DNA from: Marsupella aquatica
Taxonomy: Eukaryota; Plantae; Marchantiophyta
Assembly: GCA_973895155.1 (NCBI GenBank)
Contig: OZ316894.1
Coordinates: forward strand, 248,001-312,000
DNA length: 64,000 nucleotides
Direction: 5' to 3'
Each line of letters begins with the position of its first letter. Positions within the stretch are counted from its first letter, which is position 1. Shown here one piece after another: positions 1 to 12,877 of this stretch. Made by a program: the position numbers and the translations under genes. The notes below the pieces were generated by a model. The model had not been told where the DNA came from and searched no databases. It saw only the letters and a list, made by a program, of their open reading frames with translations.

Positions 1-2100
1 GATGAGTTGCGGATTAAGCGGCATGAGCTAAACATCATGCAGGGGCAGTTGGATACCGCTCAGCCTGACAATCAGATTATCAAAGATAAATTGACTCGGA
101 CCCAAGGAGAGTTGGCCGACGCAGTCAAAGAAAGAGAGAAATGGAAGCGGGAGCTAAGGGATGCAGAGGAAGTCCACTTAGCAACCAACAATCGGGCCAT
201 GGCAGAGAACCAGAGAAGGAAGAGGGCGTTGAAAGGAGAGCTCGAAGATATCCGCGGAGCCCTTGAGCAGAAGGAAGCAGAGTTAGGGAAATCCTATCAA
301 GGGATTATTGCAGCAGGAGCTTGCGTCCCTGACGGCCAGCTTCAAGGCCGACCTGCGTGAAAAGGATGACCAGCTCGACCAGACTTATGCCAAGATGAAT
401 AAGATGGAGTCTGTGGTCGTAGCAGAGCTCGACAAGGAGCTAAGAGCAACCCAGGAGGAGAGGGCTACCTTGAAAAAAGAATTGGAGGAAGCCAATAAGG
501 AGCTGGAGGAGGTGCACAAGGACCTGGACGAGACCCAGGAGGAGTTGGAGGAAATCACAAGGAAGATGGAGAACCTACAGCGGCGGGCCGACAACCAAAC
601 GGAGCGGCTGAAGACACAAGCCGCAGTATTTAAATGCTTGGCTTCATCAGGTCCAACTCCAATTGGGGGAACCCAGTTACCAAGGGTAGTATTGGCCGAA
701 GGACAAGCCGTAACACTCACCCCGGTGCCGGAGGTGAGTGGCAAGGGGAAGGAACCGGCTGTCGAAATAGGGAAGAAGAAGAAGCGGAAACCTTCTAGGT
801 CTGGGAGTTATACGGCTTCTCAAGCCGTTGTGACCGAGAAGATAAACCCGACACCAACTCCGGCATCGGCACGGCGGTGGATCCACCAGTCCTAGGAAGT
901 GGAGATGGCAAGGCCGAGGCCGGGAGAACCAGTAATGCTGCCGAGGTACCGGATCCTCCACTAGAACATACCGGGGACGCCATAGCCGTATTAGAGGCCG
1001 TAGCCGTAGCAGAGGCCGTGACCGATGCTGAGGCCAAAGCCGAGGGTGGACCCAGTCAGGCCAATGAAGAGTTGACTCGGTCAGGGGCAGGTAATCTGTC
1101 AGAGGATGGACCAACGGCAGTGGCTACGGAGGAAGCGTTGGGGGCGTCCATTGAGGACTAGCCACCAGTGTCGTGACGGTGTAAGGGCACCGTCCCTTTT
1201 AGGGAGGGCGGACGTGGAGGTAGGAGGCGTGAGTGGGTAGGACGGGCGCTGATCTCCAAGTTTAGACTTAGGATCAGGATCAGGAGATGGCCCTGACACT
1301 TAGATTAGTGGGATTTCGGATCCACGGGTGTGGACGACACTTGTGCTCCTGCCTCGCTGTACATAGGTAGATTACAGTTAGGTAGATTATAGTAGGTAGA
1401 TTAGGCTTACGCTGCAAGGAATCAGGCGGATTCACAACCAAGATAAGTACCTGGGCTGCGGGGAGTTCAGGGCCTCTTCTTTAGCAAGTTTCTAGTTGCA
1501 CCAGTAGGGCTAGGATCAAGTAGTAAGAGAAGCTCTCGGTTAGTTATACAGTGACCCTTGTGTATATTCATGTTTCCTCATACTTAAGAACTGAATAGAG
1601 TTGGCCTCATGGCTTAGTTCGCAGAGCTTGTGTATGAGATGTACTGTTTGTATGGCAAGTGCATGGTATAACTCAGTCAGAAGGAGTCATTTTGCTATTT
1701 GTGTGTCGTATTAACTTGTGTGAAGAGTGCCCACATCAACTAATAGAGGAATAGAAGTAAGCAGGGGAGTGAGAGTTGGATGTGTCGAGCTGAGAGAGGT
1801 CTTAGCGGCTTAACCAAGCCAATTGGGGATCATTCCGGCGGCGGAATCCAAACATACCTAATGGAAGACCAGGAGAGGAATACAAGGGAGGGACTAGAAT
1901 AGGCTGGCTAAGTATCTCATGACCCGATGAAGGATCTGTCCAGTATATGTGTGTAAAATGTTAATAGAAGTAGTTGAAGGAGAGTTAGCAGCGTCCCATG
2001 CCGCTAAGCCGCGGAAACGGCCTCGCCAAGGACGAAACCTGCGGGAATCGGCTTGAGCAAGGAGGTTTCTTGGGTTTGGGCAGGCAAGGGACGCACCACA
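1..2100 (+). mobile_element. Partial giant LTR of Ty3/gypsy family A (3' part, cut by the window edge), with frameshifted C-terminal half of the LTR ORF
   Basis: Aligns to 10730-12808; ends ...ACGCACCACA at 2100 like the other family A LTRs; ORFs 7-360, 308-895 and 877-1161 are pieces of the coiled-coil/acidic tail. Confidence 0.9.
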
Positions 2101-2230
2101 GTATGCTGGATCTTCCTCTTGATGGAGAATTCTCTCCAGTGGGGTTTCCTTTTCTCTATTGATACATCTTGCTTATAAAGCGCCATCTTACTTATGGAGG
2201 ATGTTGTATGAATTTTTTTTTCATAATTAT

Positions 2231-2706
2231 TGTGACACCGCTAGCACGGCGGTTAATGATTGATTTGGCCTAGCCCGTGCTTAGCACGCCCATTAGGGGC
2301 ACCGTAGGCCGTAGTTATGAGCATAATGACACTAAGTAGGTAGTACTTATGACTAGGGAATCATTAGTTAATAAGGAGCATTTACGTTCAGGATGGTGGC
2401 GGAGCATCATTCGTACTCCCGGGTTACAAGCGTGTAAGGGGGTCTCCTCGGGTCCGTATAACAAACTCATGAAGGCGGCCGCTGACACGCTCTGAACCGG
2501 ACCCGCGGAGTGACTGGTACGCTGCAAGCGTGAAAGGCTCGGCCTATAGGAAGGAAGGAGGGGCCAATCAACCGACGAGCCCTCAGAGTATAAAAGGAGG
2601 GCCATTCTTTCGCATTGCACCAACACTCCACTCCGCGCGCCAGCTTTGACCTCAGCCGCTTCATCCCTCCTTAGTTGCCCACCGTCACTCCTGGATGTCT
2701 GTCACA
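2231..2706. mobile_element. Probable small solo LTR (~476 bp) of an unrelated family
   Basis: Perfect 7-bp terminal inverted repeat TGTGACA...TGTCACA; TATAAAAGG at ~2590; flanks ATTAT/ATATT are not a clean TSD. Confidence 0.5.
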
Positions 2707-2791
2707 ATATTGTCCAGTTTGGCCCTTCAATTTTGGCTGCAATTCCTATCTGTGGGAAGTCACTTAGCCAAGTCCTTAGCCGAAGTCAACC

Positions 2792-3190
2792 GAGGTTTTT
2801 CCCCATGACAGGAAACAGAAAACAGTAACAATCATAACAGGAAAAAGAGAGGAACAAAACAGGAGATTTGGTACTAGCATACACAAAAGATGACATAATT
2901 TTGGACAAAAAAGGAGGCCAATTTCAATAGGAACTCCAATATGTTCAGAGTTCTCTATAGCAATTATGGAAAGAAAAGTTTTACTAGCGCCGAGCGCTAA
3001 CCAAGAGTTTGTTGCCGTTCAAAACAACATTAACAAAATGTCCATTCAACGTATCGTCGAATGATCAAAATTCCTATTAACCATGCAGATTCTCCCTTCC
3101 TAAGATGAACTGGAGTTCTCCGACATTCACAATTGGCTGGCTCGGTAAGACCGAATACATCGGATCAAGCTTAAAGATCGTTTTGTCACA
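2792..3190 (-). mobile_element. Right-end fragment of a Mutator-like (ParB-MTase family) element: transposase C-terminus, 3' UTR and terminus
   Basis: Minus strand 3078-3180 translates TIFKLDPMYSVLPSQPIVNVGELQFILGRENLHG*, homologous to NVFKLEVEESTLCSQPIWTVGEVRLVLERQNLNGL* at 60780-60882; terminus GAGGTTTTTCCCCATGACAG resembles GGGTATGATAGCCATGACAG at 61552; palindrome at 2985. Confidence 0.7.
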
Positions 3191-3645
3191 GGGCTTTCCA
3201 TCTGACAGGGACCCGATTCCAGTAACATGAAACAACCAATTTAAACAATAAAAAAGCCACGCATAGTATTCGCAGCATATTTGGAGGACACTAGAAAAAA
3301 GAGAGATGAAAGAAACAATTGTATAGAGGCGGGTTTATATAATTGTGGAGGAGAATAGAACATAAAATAGTAGCGCCAGGCGCTAGCAACACGCGCTACT
3401 TGAAAAAGAAATTACATTGATATCCAGAAGATAATAAAAGTCCATAACCTTCGAGAAAAAGAAATAACCCTAATAACATACTCAAAAAACCTAATGCGAT
3501 AACAAAACGGAAGAAGCAATAAAGCTAACTCGGCCGAACCGGAGCCCCCATTCAAAAAGATGACATGAATCAAACTCATGAACGACTCCAACGATGAGAT
3601 GAAAGCTAGCGCCAGGCGCTAGCGTCGAGAAGAAATCCACACTCT

Positions 3646-4116
3646 CTAGGAAGTAGAAGACAAGCAGTCGTCGTCCAACCCAACTTTGAACCTATCCTCA
3701 TCCTGTCGAAACCCATCCTCTCGATCCAGAAAAAAACGAGGTCTGGGATAGCGACTCCGACTTCGGTCGTTCGGGATGTTCGAATCGGAAAAGCTCACAC
3801 GTCCGGTGTCTGCTTGGATGTCTCTGAAAAAAGCTGTCCTTTCCACCCGATACACATTCGAAGGATCAGGGTCGTGAACAGAGAACCTCTCTCGGAAAGG
3901 AAGTGGAGGCGAAGGATCACGCGATGGAAGGTGTCCAGTTCTGTGGCTAATACCCTCATCCGTGGCCAGCCACAACCTGTTCCTCTCGGTCGACGTCTCC
4001 GGGCACTGTGTAAAAGATGGAGTCAAATCTAAACCCGGATCTCTAATCGACCTCCAAACCATCGCCTTTGGCGGATTGCAGCTCTCCGATTTCGCTATTT
4101 GCTTTCCCTTATCCAT
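3646..4116 (-). CDS. Transposon ORF3, 156-aa protein of unknown function
   Basis: Shares blocks with 46266-46727: TSTERNR..DEGIS/TSTFRNR..DEAIS, SPPLPF/SPLLPF, GRVSFSDSNIPND/GRVDFKDNNIPNE, GLDDDC/GLEDDC. Confidence 0.65.
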   Translation of the reverse strand: MDKGKQIAKSESCNPPKAMVWRSIRDPGLDLTPSFTQCPETSTERNRLWLATDEGISHRTGHLPSRDPSPPLPFRERFSVHDPDPSNVYRVERTAFFRDIQADTGRVSFSDSNIPNDRSRSRYPRPRFFLDREDGFRQDEDRFKVGLDDDCLSSTS

Positions 4117-4577
4117 TCAGTCGATGAAAACAACGGATGCAAAACTCAGGGAGAAGAGAAGAGGTGAGTCCGGGCAGACCAGAAATGAAACAAAGGGAAG
4201 AGGTGAGTCTGGGCAATGCACAAACGAAACGAAGCGAAGAGGTGAGTCGGCGCGTCACAGAAATGAAAGGGAGAAATCCGTTTATGGTTGAACAAACTCG
4301 AAGTTGACCAATCCCAAAGTTCAACAAACACTACACTTTGAGAGAGTCCAAACGATCATATCCACCACAAACCAAAATACGTACAGACTGAAGGTATAAT
4401 TATTCACCGTACAACTGTACGAGTACATGCATTTTTGATATCTGCACAAATATGCACTCAGGAAAGAGACTCCCGGTGCGTCTAACTCATTTAAAGTCTC
4501 AGATCCGAACACCCTGTTTAATAGCGCCGGGCGCTAGTACAAGGTTCCAAAGAAAACCTTAGAAATTCCCAGTCAAC

Positions 4578-7500
4578 CTATTCCAAGTCATAAGACTCGG
4601 ACTCGCTACTGCCAGACCTATCAGTAGACTCAGCTTCGTCATCTATAAATTTGCTTCTAGGTCCATCGTTGAGTAAAGGCTGATGGATGAATTTCCTATC
4701 TGAACCTCTTCTTAACCTTAAGCCCTTACTCTCCCAAGTAAGGGTTCTCCTCTGTTCTTCTTTTCGGGCAGCATATTCTGCATATGATGGCAACACGAAA
4801 GGCTTCTGAGGAGAAACAAGAACTTTTCTCGAGGATTTCCTCCGAAGATTAAAACGTTCTTGAAGATTCCACTCCGATCTGGAAGAGGAACGGAACCATA
4901 TTAGAATTGAAAATGAAAATGGGATAGTAACAAAATCGATAATGTAAAGTGAAGTAGCTTACGGGCATTACTCAGAAGAATCTGAATCTTCTGTTTCTTC
5001 CATCGTATGCCTCTCCTTCTCATCTCCGTCATTTTCCTCTCCTTGTCCTCCTGAAGCATCATCTCCAACAGCATCTCCATCCTCTTCATCTTCAGAGTCA
5101 AAATTTAAGACAGAACGAACTTTATCTTTTTGTTTTCTTCCCACATCTTTAGCGGGAGATGAGGAACTGACATCCTTTGGAATCAATAAATCCATCCATG
5201 TCTTTTCCGCAATCTCAACAAACTCTTTTCGGTTTTCTATACCAAGAATAAAACGTCCACAATAGTCACCAGCAACAAATGTACTTCCCGAACCCACAGT
5301 CCAGTCCATGACAATGTCACCCGGACGAGTGATTAACTCTAACACAGATTGCATGAACCCAACGGACAAGCGTCCATTGCCAGCAAACGCTGCTGAAGGA
5401 GTTGGATCCTTCTTCACACTCGGGAGACCAATAAGGTTAGTGATAGAAGGATCTTCAGTCGCAGAGAGGGGTCGAAACTTGGGGTCCTTTGGAACCTTAA
5501 CCTTTGACAAAATACGACTGAACAGATCCAATCTCAATGTGAAAACCTGTGAAATCCCAACAAAGTCCATTGTTAAGATGCCGACGATCCAACCAGAAAA
5601 TCATTCAAATCATGGCATAACAATGAATTTTGGATAGCGCCAGGCGCTAACAAAGAATATCCCCTTAACTGAAGGGTAATGAAAACATTTTTAGCTAGCG
5701 CTCGGCGCTAACAAAGGACAGCACGAAGAGTGAGAGAATTTACCTGGCAATCACTTCAGGCCATGTACATTGGAACTCCCATAACCACGTTCAGGGTTTT
5801 CACACACTGAAACTTTTGAGACTCCTGGCTCGTGGCAATGACCTGCGAGATCTGATCATACTCGCCAGTATGCAAAATGGCCAATATACCATCATCTGCT
5901 AGAAACGGGTCCATTGCGCGAAAGAATGAACCAACAATTCTGTGATCTGGGGAATTCCATTTTGGAGACTTCTTCTCTAAAAGGGATGGACGCAGTCCAG
6001 TTGGGAGGTAAACGAATCCAGCATCAACTCCAAATGATCTTATCTTTCCTCCTCTTATGACTCCTTTCTCCCTTAGACCAAGCAAGACTAGGTCTTTCAC
6101 CCACTTCTCCACATTTGACACCCAAGCTGGTTTCTGCTCTTTCGTGAACACACTCTCAAAGAAGTCCATTACACTGGACTCAACAAAAACATGCCTAGAA
6201 GTCTTACACTTGAACTGTCCAACATCTCGTTGAACACCAGTAGAAGCGACCGAATCCCGAGAGGAAAATCCATGATCCGAAGATTTCTTTTTCTTCTTCT
6301 TTGTGCTGGTGGCATCTGCAGGTCGCACCATCTTCTCCGTGTTGGGAGGAGTCTGTTCATCAGGGAATCTTGTTCCCCCGTATCAGCTTCAGAGACTCCA
6401 GGAGTGACAGTCGTCTTTGCATCTTGTGTTTCTTCTCCATCCGATTTCCGTCCACCTAGAAAAAGATACAAAAGTTTCCAAGATTACGGTCCACATAACA
6501 CCAGCGCCGGGCGCTAACCAAATTGCACTCCCGGGTGCTAACCAAATAGACAACTTGATCTGCAGCGCTCGTAAAAAAAATACAGAATGCCACTGGAAAA
6601 TAACATAAGCGCCGGGCGCTAACCAAAATGCACAAAAATCAAGCAATAAAGGCACACCAACATATGTGGCGCTTAACAAAAAGTCACCTAAATATCCAAA
6701 CTAGTGAAGAGAAAATACTGAATGCCAATGAAAAATAGAAGAATCTCACGTTTCTTCCCAGATCTCGTTGATGGGCTGGTTACTCCAGTGTCTACTTTTG
6801 CTTTCGCCCTGGGTTTTCGACTCCTGTCTACATGCAAAACTTCTGTTTCGCAATGTTTCTGCAGCTCGCTCGCCGAGGCATCTACATCTTCCGATAAACC
6901 TTGTTTCATTTCAGAGAGAACTTTCCGAGGCACTAAAGACTTTGATAATTTCAGAAATGCATCCTTTTCAGCTTCATCGAAAGGGGTGTCCCACTTATCT
7001 GTGTCAAGATACCATGGACAGTGGGTTATCTCCCACAATGAAATTTCACGTGGTGGAACGTCCCCTTCGGCAGGGTACATTGAGTAAACTTCGCTAGAAG
7101 CATCCCCCTCTAGAACGGACCATTTCTGGAATGCAGGAGGTAAGCCCAAAAATACTCTAGAGAACTGGTCTCCATGGCCATGTAGAAGCGATACAGATAT
7201 CTCTTGGCTCGCTTCTGGTTGCGAATGGTATAGTCTTCCTTGTCTTCGTACTTGGACTGCCAAATTGTGCTAAAAAACTTCGCCTTCACTGTTTCACCGT
7301 ATGTCTTGAAATCATTGGTGATGTTCAAGACCAATGCTTCAAACGTCTCCACTCCTCCTAGCGTTAGACGATCAGCAGGTAGGATCGACTGGACTTGCAA
7401 AAGAGATGTCTGTAACATTGCAATTGCAATTCCTTCCACCAAACTCCACATGTGCCATGTATGACACCACTGTTTAACAGGGTCATCATTCACACTCGGG

Positions 7501-8146
7501 GGATGGTAAAATTGTTTTCTGAGCTCTGGTGTACAGTGAGCGACAAGAAGAGTACAACGTAGTTGTGGATCCAAGTAGGAGACAACAGTGAATAGACGCG
7601 CGCGGTCCATTGTACATACTACAGAGTCCGGCTTCTTTTCTCGTTTGTTCCTCTCCGTAAGAATGTACATTTCTGCACAAGTTGACAGAAAATCACCAAA
7701 CTCTGGGCTTACAGGGGGGTAATCTTGGATGTCTTTATGCTCCACTCCTTCGTTGCCTCCTTCATCATGGCAGCATACCGCTTACCTCGGGGGTTTCACT
7801 TCCACAAAAATGGCATATCACGTGCGACGAATGATAGGGTCATTTTATTGGTTCTAAGGGAAGACTTAAGAATTTTTGTAGAAGAACAATAGGGTCTTTT
7901 AAATTCAATTTTGAGACTTATAAGAACATTAGGGTCTTTTTAATCCAAATTTTAGAATATTCCAAGAATATTCCAACTTTATAGGGGTTAAAAAATAAAT
8001 TTTTTTTCTTACATTTTAGGGGGTCCAAGGCCTAAAAACGTCGCAGGCGATGGGGAGGTCCCCATATAGTGAGACCCCCGAGCCGCTTACCAGTCTCTTC
8101 AGATGACCACGGGCGACCTTGACTTGCCGCAGCAGCCAAGTCAAGC
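4578..8146 (-). pseudogene. 3' part of the spliced ParB-like/DNA-methyltransferase-like gene (diverged copy; frameshifts, stop, MITE and LTR insertions)
   Basis: ORFs 7110-7745, 6688-7263, 5756-6331, 4968-5570 and 4578-4796 are colinear with 47426-50516; GT-AG introns at ~6456-6749 and 5547-5743; motif ELITRPGDIVMDWTVGSGSTFVAGDYCGRFILGIE. Confidence 0.8.
7786..8082. mobile_element. MITE, 297 bp, 15-bp TIR, 8-bp TSD
   Basis: CTCGGGGGTTTCACT...AGTGAGACCCCCGAG; TSD CCGCTTAC at 7778-7785 and 8083-8090; removal restores the reading frame GKRYAAMMKEATKEW. Confidence 0.9.
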
Positions 8147-11100
8147 TGTGATGCCTAGACAGGAATCACTCGGCCAGTTAAGTGGGTAAAGCAGGAAGGC
8201 ACCCTAGGAACACCTTAGTATAGGGACAAAACAAGGAAAATATAAACAATTAGGGGCAACCATGGAACCCGGGCCGAGGCCGGAGGTAAGGACGCTGAGG
8301 GTGAAAACTCGATTAGGGTTAGGGCGCGTTAAGCGTCGGCGGCTAGGAAGGATCAACGGGAAGAAGGACCGGCAGAGGAGAGGGGTAAGGAGCGCTTGCA
8401 GGAGATGGTGGCTCATTTGCGAGCACAGACTAGGCAGACGACTACGGGAGGCCAACTACTGTCAGCTGCTTAGCCAAGCACTCGGGGAGAGAGTAGATAC
8501 CGACGATCGACCTAAGGAGGGTATGAGCAACGTCAATCAAGCGGCACATTTCTGGGAATGCCTGTTCGAACGGGAAACTCAGTACATCAAGACTTACGAG
8601 GACGAGGAATCAGAAAGGGCAGCTCGAGAACGGCAGGAGCTCGCTCGATTGTGGGAGCTGCAGAAGACGGCTTTCTTAGGAGGTGAACTCATCAAGGACG
8701 AGTTCCTGTGGACGCCTACTTCCAATCAACTCGACGATCTTCTGTTTTGCAAAGACAGCATCGTCGGCATCCGAGAGGCCATCAAGAACTGCAACGACAT
8801 ACACTGGGAATTAAAGGGTAGCACGGAAAGGTGGACCCAGGCAACGGTGCTAGGAGAAACCTCCACGGCAGCAGAGATGAAGAGGAAGGGAGCCGTCAAC
8901 GATGAAGCTACCCCGGCAAAAAGAACGAGGTCGGCGGCACCAAAGAAGCCAGCCGAGCAGCAGAGCAGGAGGCAGGGAGAAGCCGAAGAGGAGGAGGTCG
9001 ATCCCATCAAGGCCATTCCAACCAGGGATGACACCTGGAAGGGCTGGGCGGCAACCCTACCGGTGGAAGTGCAACTACATTTTGCACGGGAGGAGGATGC
9101 ATGCTTTACGGCCATGCAGACCAAGAAGTATCAAGGCTTCATGGCCGGATCCGGCTTAGAGGCCTTTGTAAGATTACCATGGCTGAAGCCGAAGGTACCG
9201 GAGTCAGACCTATTAGAATTCGTGGGGTCATGGGAACCCGAGACCAATTGCACGAGGATATATGGGAAGGATTTCTATCTTACTTCCAAGGTAATTGCCA
9301 AAGTGTTTTGCTTGCCGATAGGCAATAAGACCAAAGTTGATACCAGGAAGACCTTGCCTGACAAGGAGTTCCGGTCGTTCCCCGGGCCATCAACGAAGAA
9401 TGGCTTCTTTCGGAACACCTGCACCAACCCGCACATAGGAGAGATGATCGACTTCTTGCGGGTGACCATGCATTGTAACTTGCCAAGGGCAGAGATCGGC
9501 AAGGCACAGGTCTATCTGGCAGAGAGGCCAGACCCAAGCCGGGACTACAACGGGTACCTCCTCAACCAATTGAAGAAGATCTTAAAGGAGGAGCAGCAGG
9601 TAATCGGCATGGGGAGCGTGTCGCGGCTTGGCTATCACATGTCGCTGTTGTGCCGGTATGCCAGAGGTCAGACTTTTGCCCCAGTACTTCCCCTGCAGGT
9701 AAGGGCACCCGAGGAAGCTCCAACGCCGAGGCCGTTGGCTGAGAAGCCTCAACCACCTGTTAGCCCTACGATCGAGCAGGTGTGTAGGCCCAGGAAGGAG
9801 GACTTGCCGATGCAGCAACCAAGCATGCAGAGTCTGCTGAAACTACTGGAGAAAGAAAAGAAATCGGCATCGGCAACAACAACGACAACGGCAACAATGT
9901 AGGACACTACTACAGAGGTAGGCCTACACCGGCTCACAAGAGAAAACCCCTTTGCTGGAGACAAGGAGAGAATCAGGCCGGAATCCAAGCCAGGTGTTCG
10001 AATGTATGTGGGAATCTCAAGCTCCGAATCTGAGGCAGAATTGCCTGAAGCTCCTACCGACGAAGAGGAGAGGGAGAAGCCGGACGTCCAAGAAGTAGAG
10101 GAGGCAGTGGAGGACTACAGCCATGATAATTCCGGCTATGGGTCGGACCATCACGTTCCAGGAGTAAGGACCTGTGGCCGGTTTGTCCCCACACTTCCAA
10201 GGGTAGTGCGAGGGGACCCCAACCAATAGAGTAGCCCTGAGTCTCCCCCACCAGATGTTGCTCCCCCGAGCTTTGACGGCATAAAACAGACGGTGCAGGA
10301 ATTTCAGGAGCGAATCAGGCAGGAAGAGGAGGCAGCCCTAGCTAAGGAAAAGGATTTACCAGGAGGAGATTGGCCGGAGGACATCAGGCGGCTAGCCGAA
10401 AAAGGAAGCAAACCTCTAGCCACGATTGAAGAGATCCGCAGGACGGCTTGGGAGCAGAGGCCGCGATGGGCGATGCCAATCACTTCTACTTACTCCACCT
10501 ACGCTAAGAATAGAGCCATGGAGTATGGTGAGATGTGTGGGGAACTTGCGCTCGGCATCTTTGGAGAGGAGTTGGAGGTAGGACCCTTTTTCCATAGGGA
10601 GCAGTTGGAGAAGCACCAATTAGAAGAAGCGGTGGCTTTAGAGAGAAGCAAGAAGGACGAGGTCATTCGACGGCTTAGGAGGATGGAAGCCGAGATTGAA
10701 GATCTAAGGGCGGCCAAGAAAGCCCAAGATGAACTGCGGATTAAACGACATGAGCTGAACATCATGCAGGGGCAGTTGGACACCGCGCAGGCTGATAATC
10801 AGAATATCAAGGATAAACTGACTCAGACGCAGGGAGTGTTGGCCGACACGATCAAAGAGAGGGAGAAGTGGAAGCGAGAGCTGAAGAATACAGAGGAGGC
10901 CCACATAACAGCCAACAGCCGGGCCATGGCGGAGACCCAAAGAAAGGAATGGGCGTTGAAGGGGGAGCTCGAGAAAATCCGCGGAGCCCTTGAGCAGAAG
11001 GAGGCCGAGTTAGGGAAATCCTATCAAGGGATTATGGCGCTGCAGCAGGAGCTTGCGTCCCTGACGGCCAGCTTCAAGGCCGACCTCAGGGAGAAGGATG

Positions 11101-12808
11101 AGATGCTCGAACAGACTTACGCCAAGATGAACCAGATGGAGTCTGTCATCATTGCAGAGCTCGACAAGGAGCTAAGAGCAACCCAGGAGGAGAGGACTAC
11201 CTTGAAACAAGAACGGGAGGAAGCCTAGAAGGAACTAGAGGAGGCACGCAAGGACCTGGATGAGACCCAGGAGGAGTTGGAGGAAATCACGAGGAAGATG
11301 GAGAACCTCCAGCGGCGGGCCGACAACCAAACGGAGCGGCTGAAGAAACAAGCCGCAGTATTTAAGTGCTTGTCTTCATCAGGCCCAACTCCAATTGGGG
11401 CAACCAAGTTACCAGGAGTGGTATTGGCCGAAGAAAAAGCCGCGCCACCTGCACCAGTGCCGGAAGTAAGTGGGAAGGGGAAGGGACCAGCTGCCGAACC
11501 AGAAAAGAAGAAAAAGCGGAAACCTTCAGGGTCAAGGAGTAATCCGACTCCACAAGCCGTGGTGACCAAGGAGGTAGAACCAGCACCATTCTCCGGCATG
11601 AATACGGCAATAGATCCCGCTATCATCACAGGTGGGGGTGGTGCGGCCCAAGCCGAACTACTCAGTAATGAGGCCGGTATTCCAGATCCGCCTCTTGAGC
11701 AGGCCGGGGAGACCGTAGCCGAGGCTGAGGCCGTAACCGATTCCCGAGCCAATGCCGACGCCGATGGTGGACCCAGTCAGGCCGATGGAGAGTTGACTCA
11801 GTCAAGGGCAGGTAATCTGTCAGAGAATGAGCCTACGGCAGTGGCTGAGGAGGAAGCGTTGGGGGCGTCCATTAAGGATCCACCACCGGTGTCGTGACGG
11901 TGCAAGGGCGCCGTTCCTTTTAGGGAGGGCGGACGTGGAGTTGGAGGCGTGAGTGGGCAGGGCGGGCGCTGATCTCCAAGTTTAGGATTAGGATCAGGAC
12001 CAGGAGAGGCCCTGACACTTAGCTTAGTGGGATTGCGGTCCCACTGGTAGGAGCAACACTTGTGCTCCTGCCTTGCTGTACATAGGTAGACTCGGGCAAG
12101 TAGATTACTGTTAAGTAGATTAGGCTTACGATGCAAAGAATGGCGGATCCACTACCAGGATAAGTACCTGGGCAGCGGGGAGCTCAGGGCCTCTTCTTTA
12201 GCAAGTTTTTAGTTTGCACCAGCCGGGCTGGGATCAAGTAGTACGAGAAGCTCTTGGTTAGTCATATAGTGACCCTTGTGTATATTCATGTTTCCTCATG
12301 CCTAAGAGCTGAATAGAGTTGGCCTCACGGCTTAGTTCGCAGAGTTTGTGTATGAGATGTACTGTTTGTATGGCAAGTGCATGGTATGACTCAGTCAGAA
12401 TGAGTCATTTTGCTATTTGTGTGTCGCATTAACTTGTGTGAAGAGTGCCCACATCAACCAGAAGGAAGGAAAGTAAGCAGGGGAGTGAGAGTTGGATGTG
12501 TCGAGCTGAGAGAGGTCTTAGCGGCTTAACCAAGCCTATTGGGGATCATTCCGGCGGCGGAATCCAAACATACCTAACAAGACGGAGGGGAAGACAGGGG
12601 AAGGCCTAGATTAGGCCGGCTACGTATCTCATGACCCGATGAAGGATCTGCCCAGTATATGTGTGTAAAATGTTAATAGTAGTAGTAGAAGGTTAGCAGC
12701 GTCCCATGCCGCTAAGCCGCGGAAACGGCCTCGCCAAGCGCGAAACCTGCGGGAATCGGCTTGAGCTGGGGGGTTTCTTGGGTTTAGGGAGCCATGGGAC
12801 GCACCACA
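8147..12808 (+). repeat. 5' LTR of family A (4662 bp)
   Basis: TGTGATGCCTAG...GACGCACCACA, directly followed by the PBS; near-identical to 18821-23492 and 50690-55319. Confidence 0.92.
8262..11897 (+). pseudogene. LTR-encoded ~1200-aa ORF with three CAG>TAG stops
   Basis: ORFs 8262-9902, 10002-10229, 10293-11228 and 11277-11897 lie in one frame and match the intact ORF at 50805-54398. Confidence 0.85.
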
Positions 12809-12812
12809 TTTT

Positions 12813-12830
12813 TGGCGCTAGATGGAGGGG
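12813..12830 (+). promoter_or_regulatory. Primer-binding site complementary to tRNA-Asn
   Basis: TGGCGCTAGATGGAGGGG 4 nt after the LTR; one mismatch to the complement of the plant tRNA-Asn 3' end (CCCCUCCUUCUAGCGCCA, recalled rather than searched). Confidence 0.8.
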
Positions 12831-12877
12831 GCATTTCTTAAGCCGTGAGATATGAAGTTAGAACGGAAGCGTAGGTA

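Larger units (their letters stand above)
3191..8146. mobile_element. Left part of a diverged Mutator-like (ParB-MTase family) copy, truncated by the LTR at 8147
   Basis: Starts GGGCTTTCCATCTGACAG; same gene order as 45863-50450 (ORF3, then MTase-like exons, both minus); seven palindromes. Confidence 0.75.
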
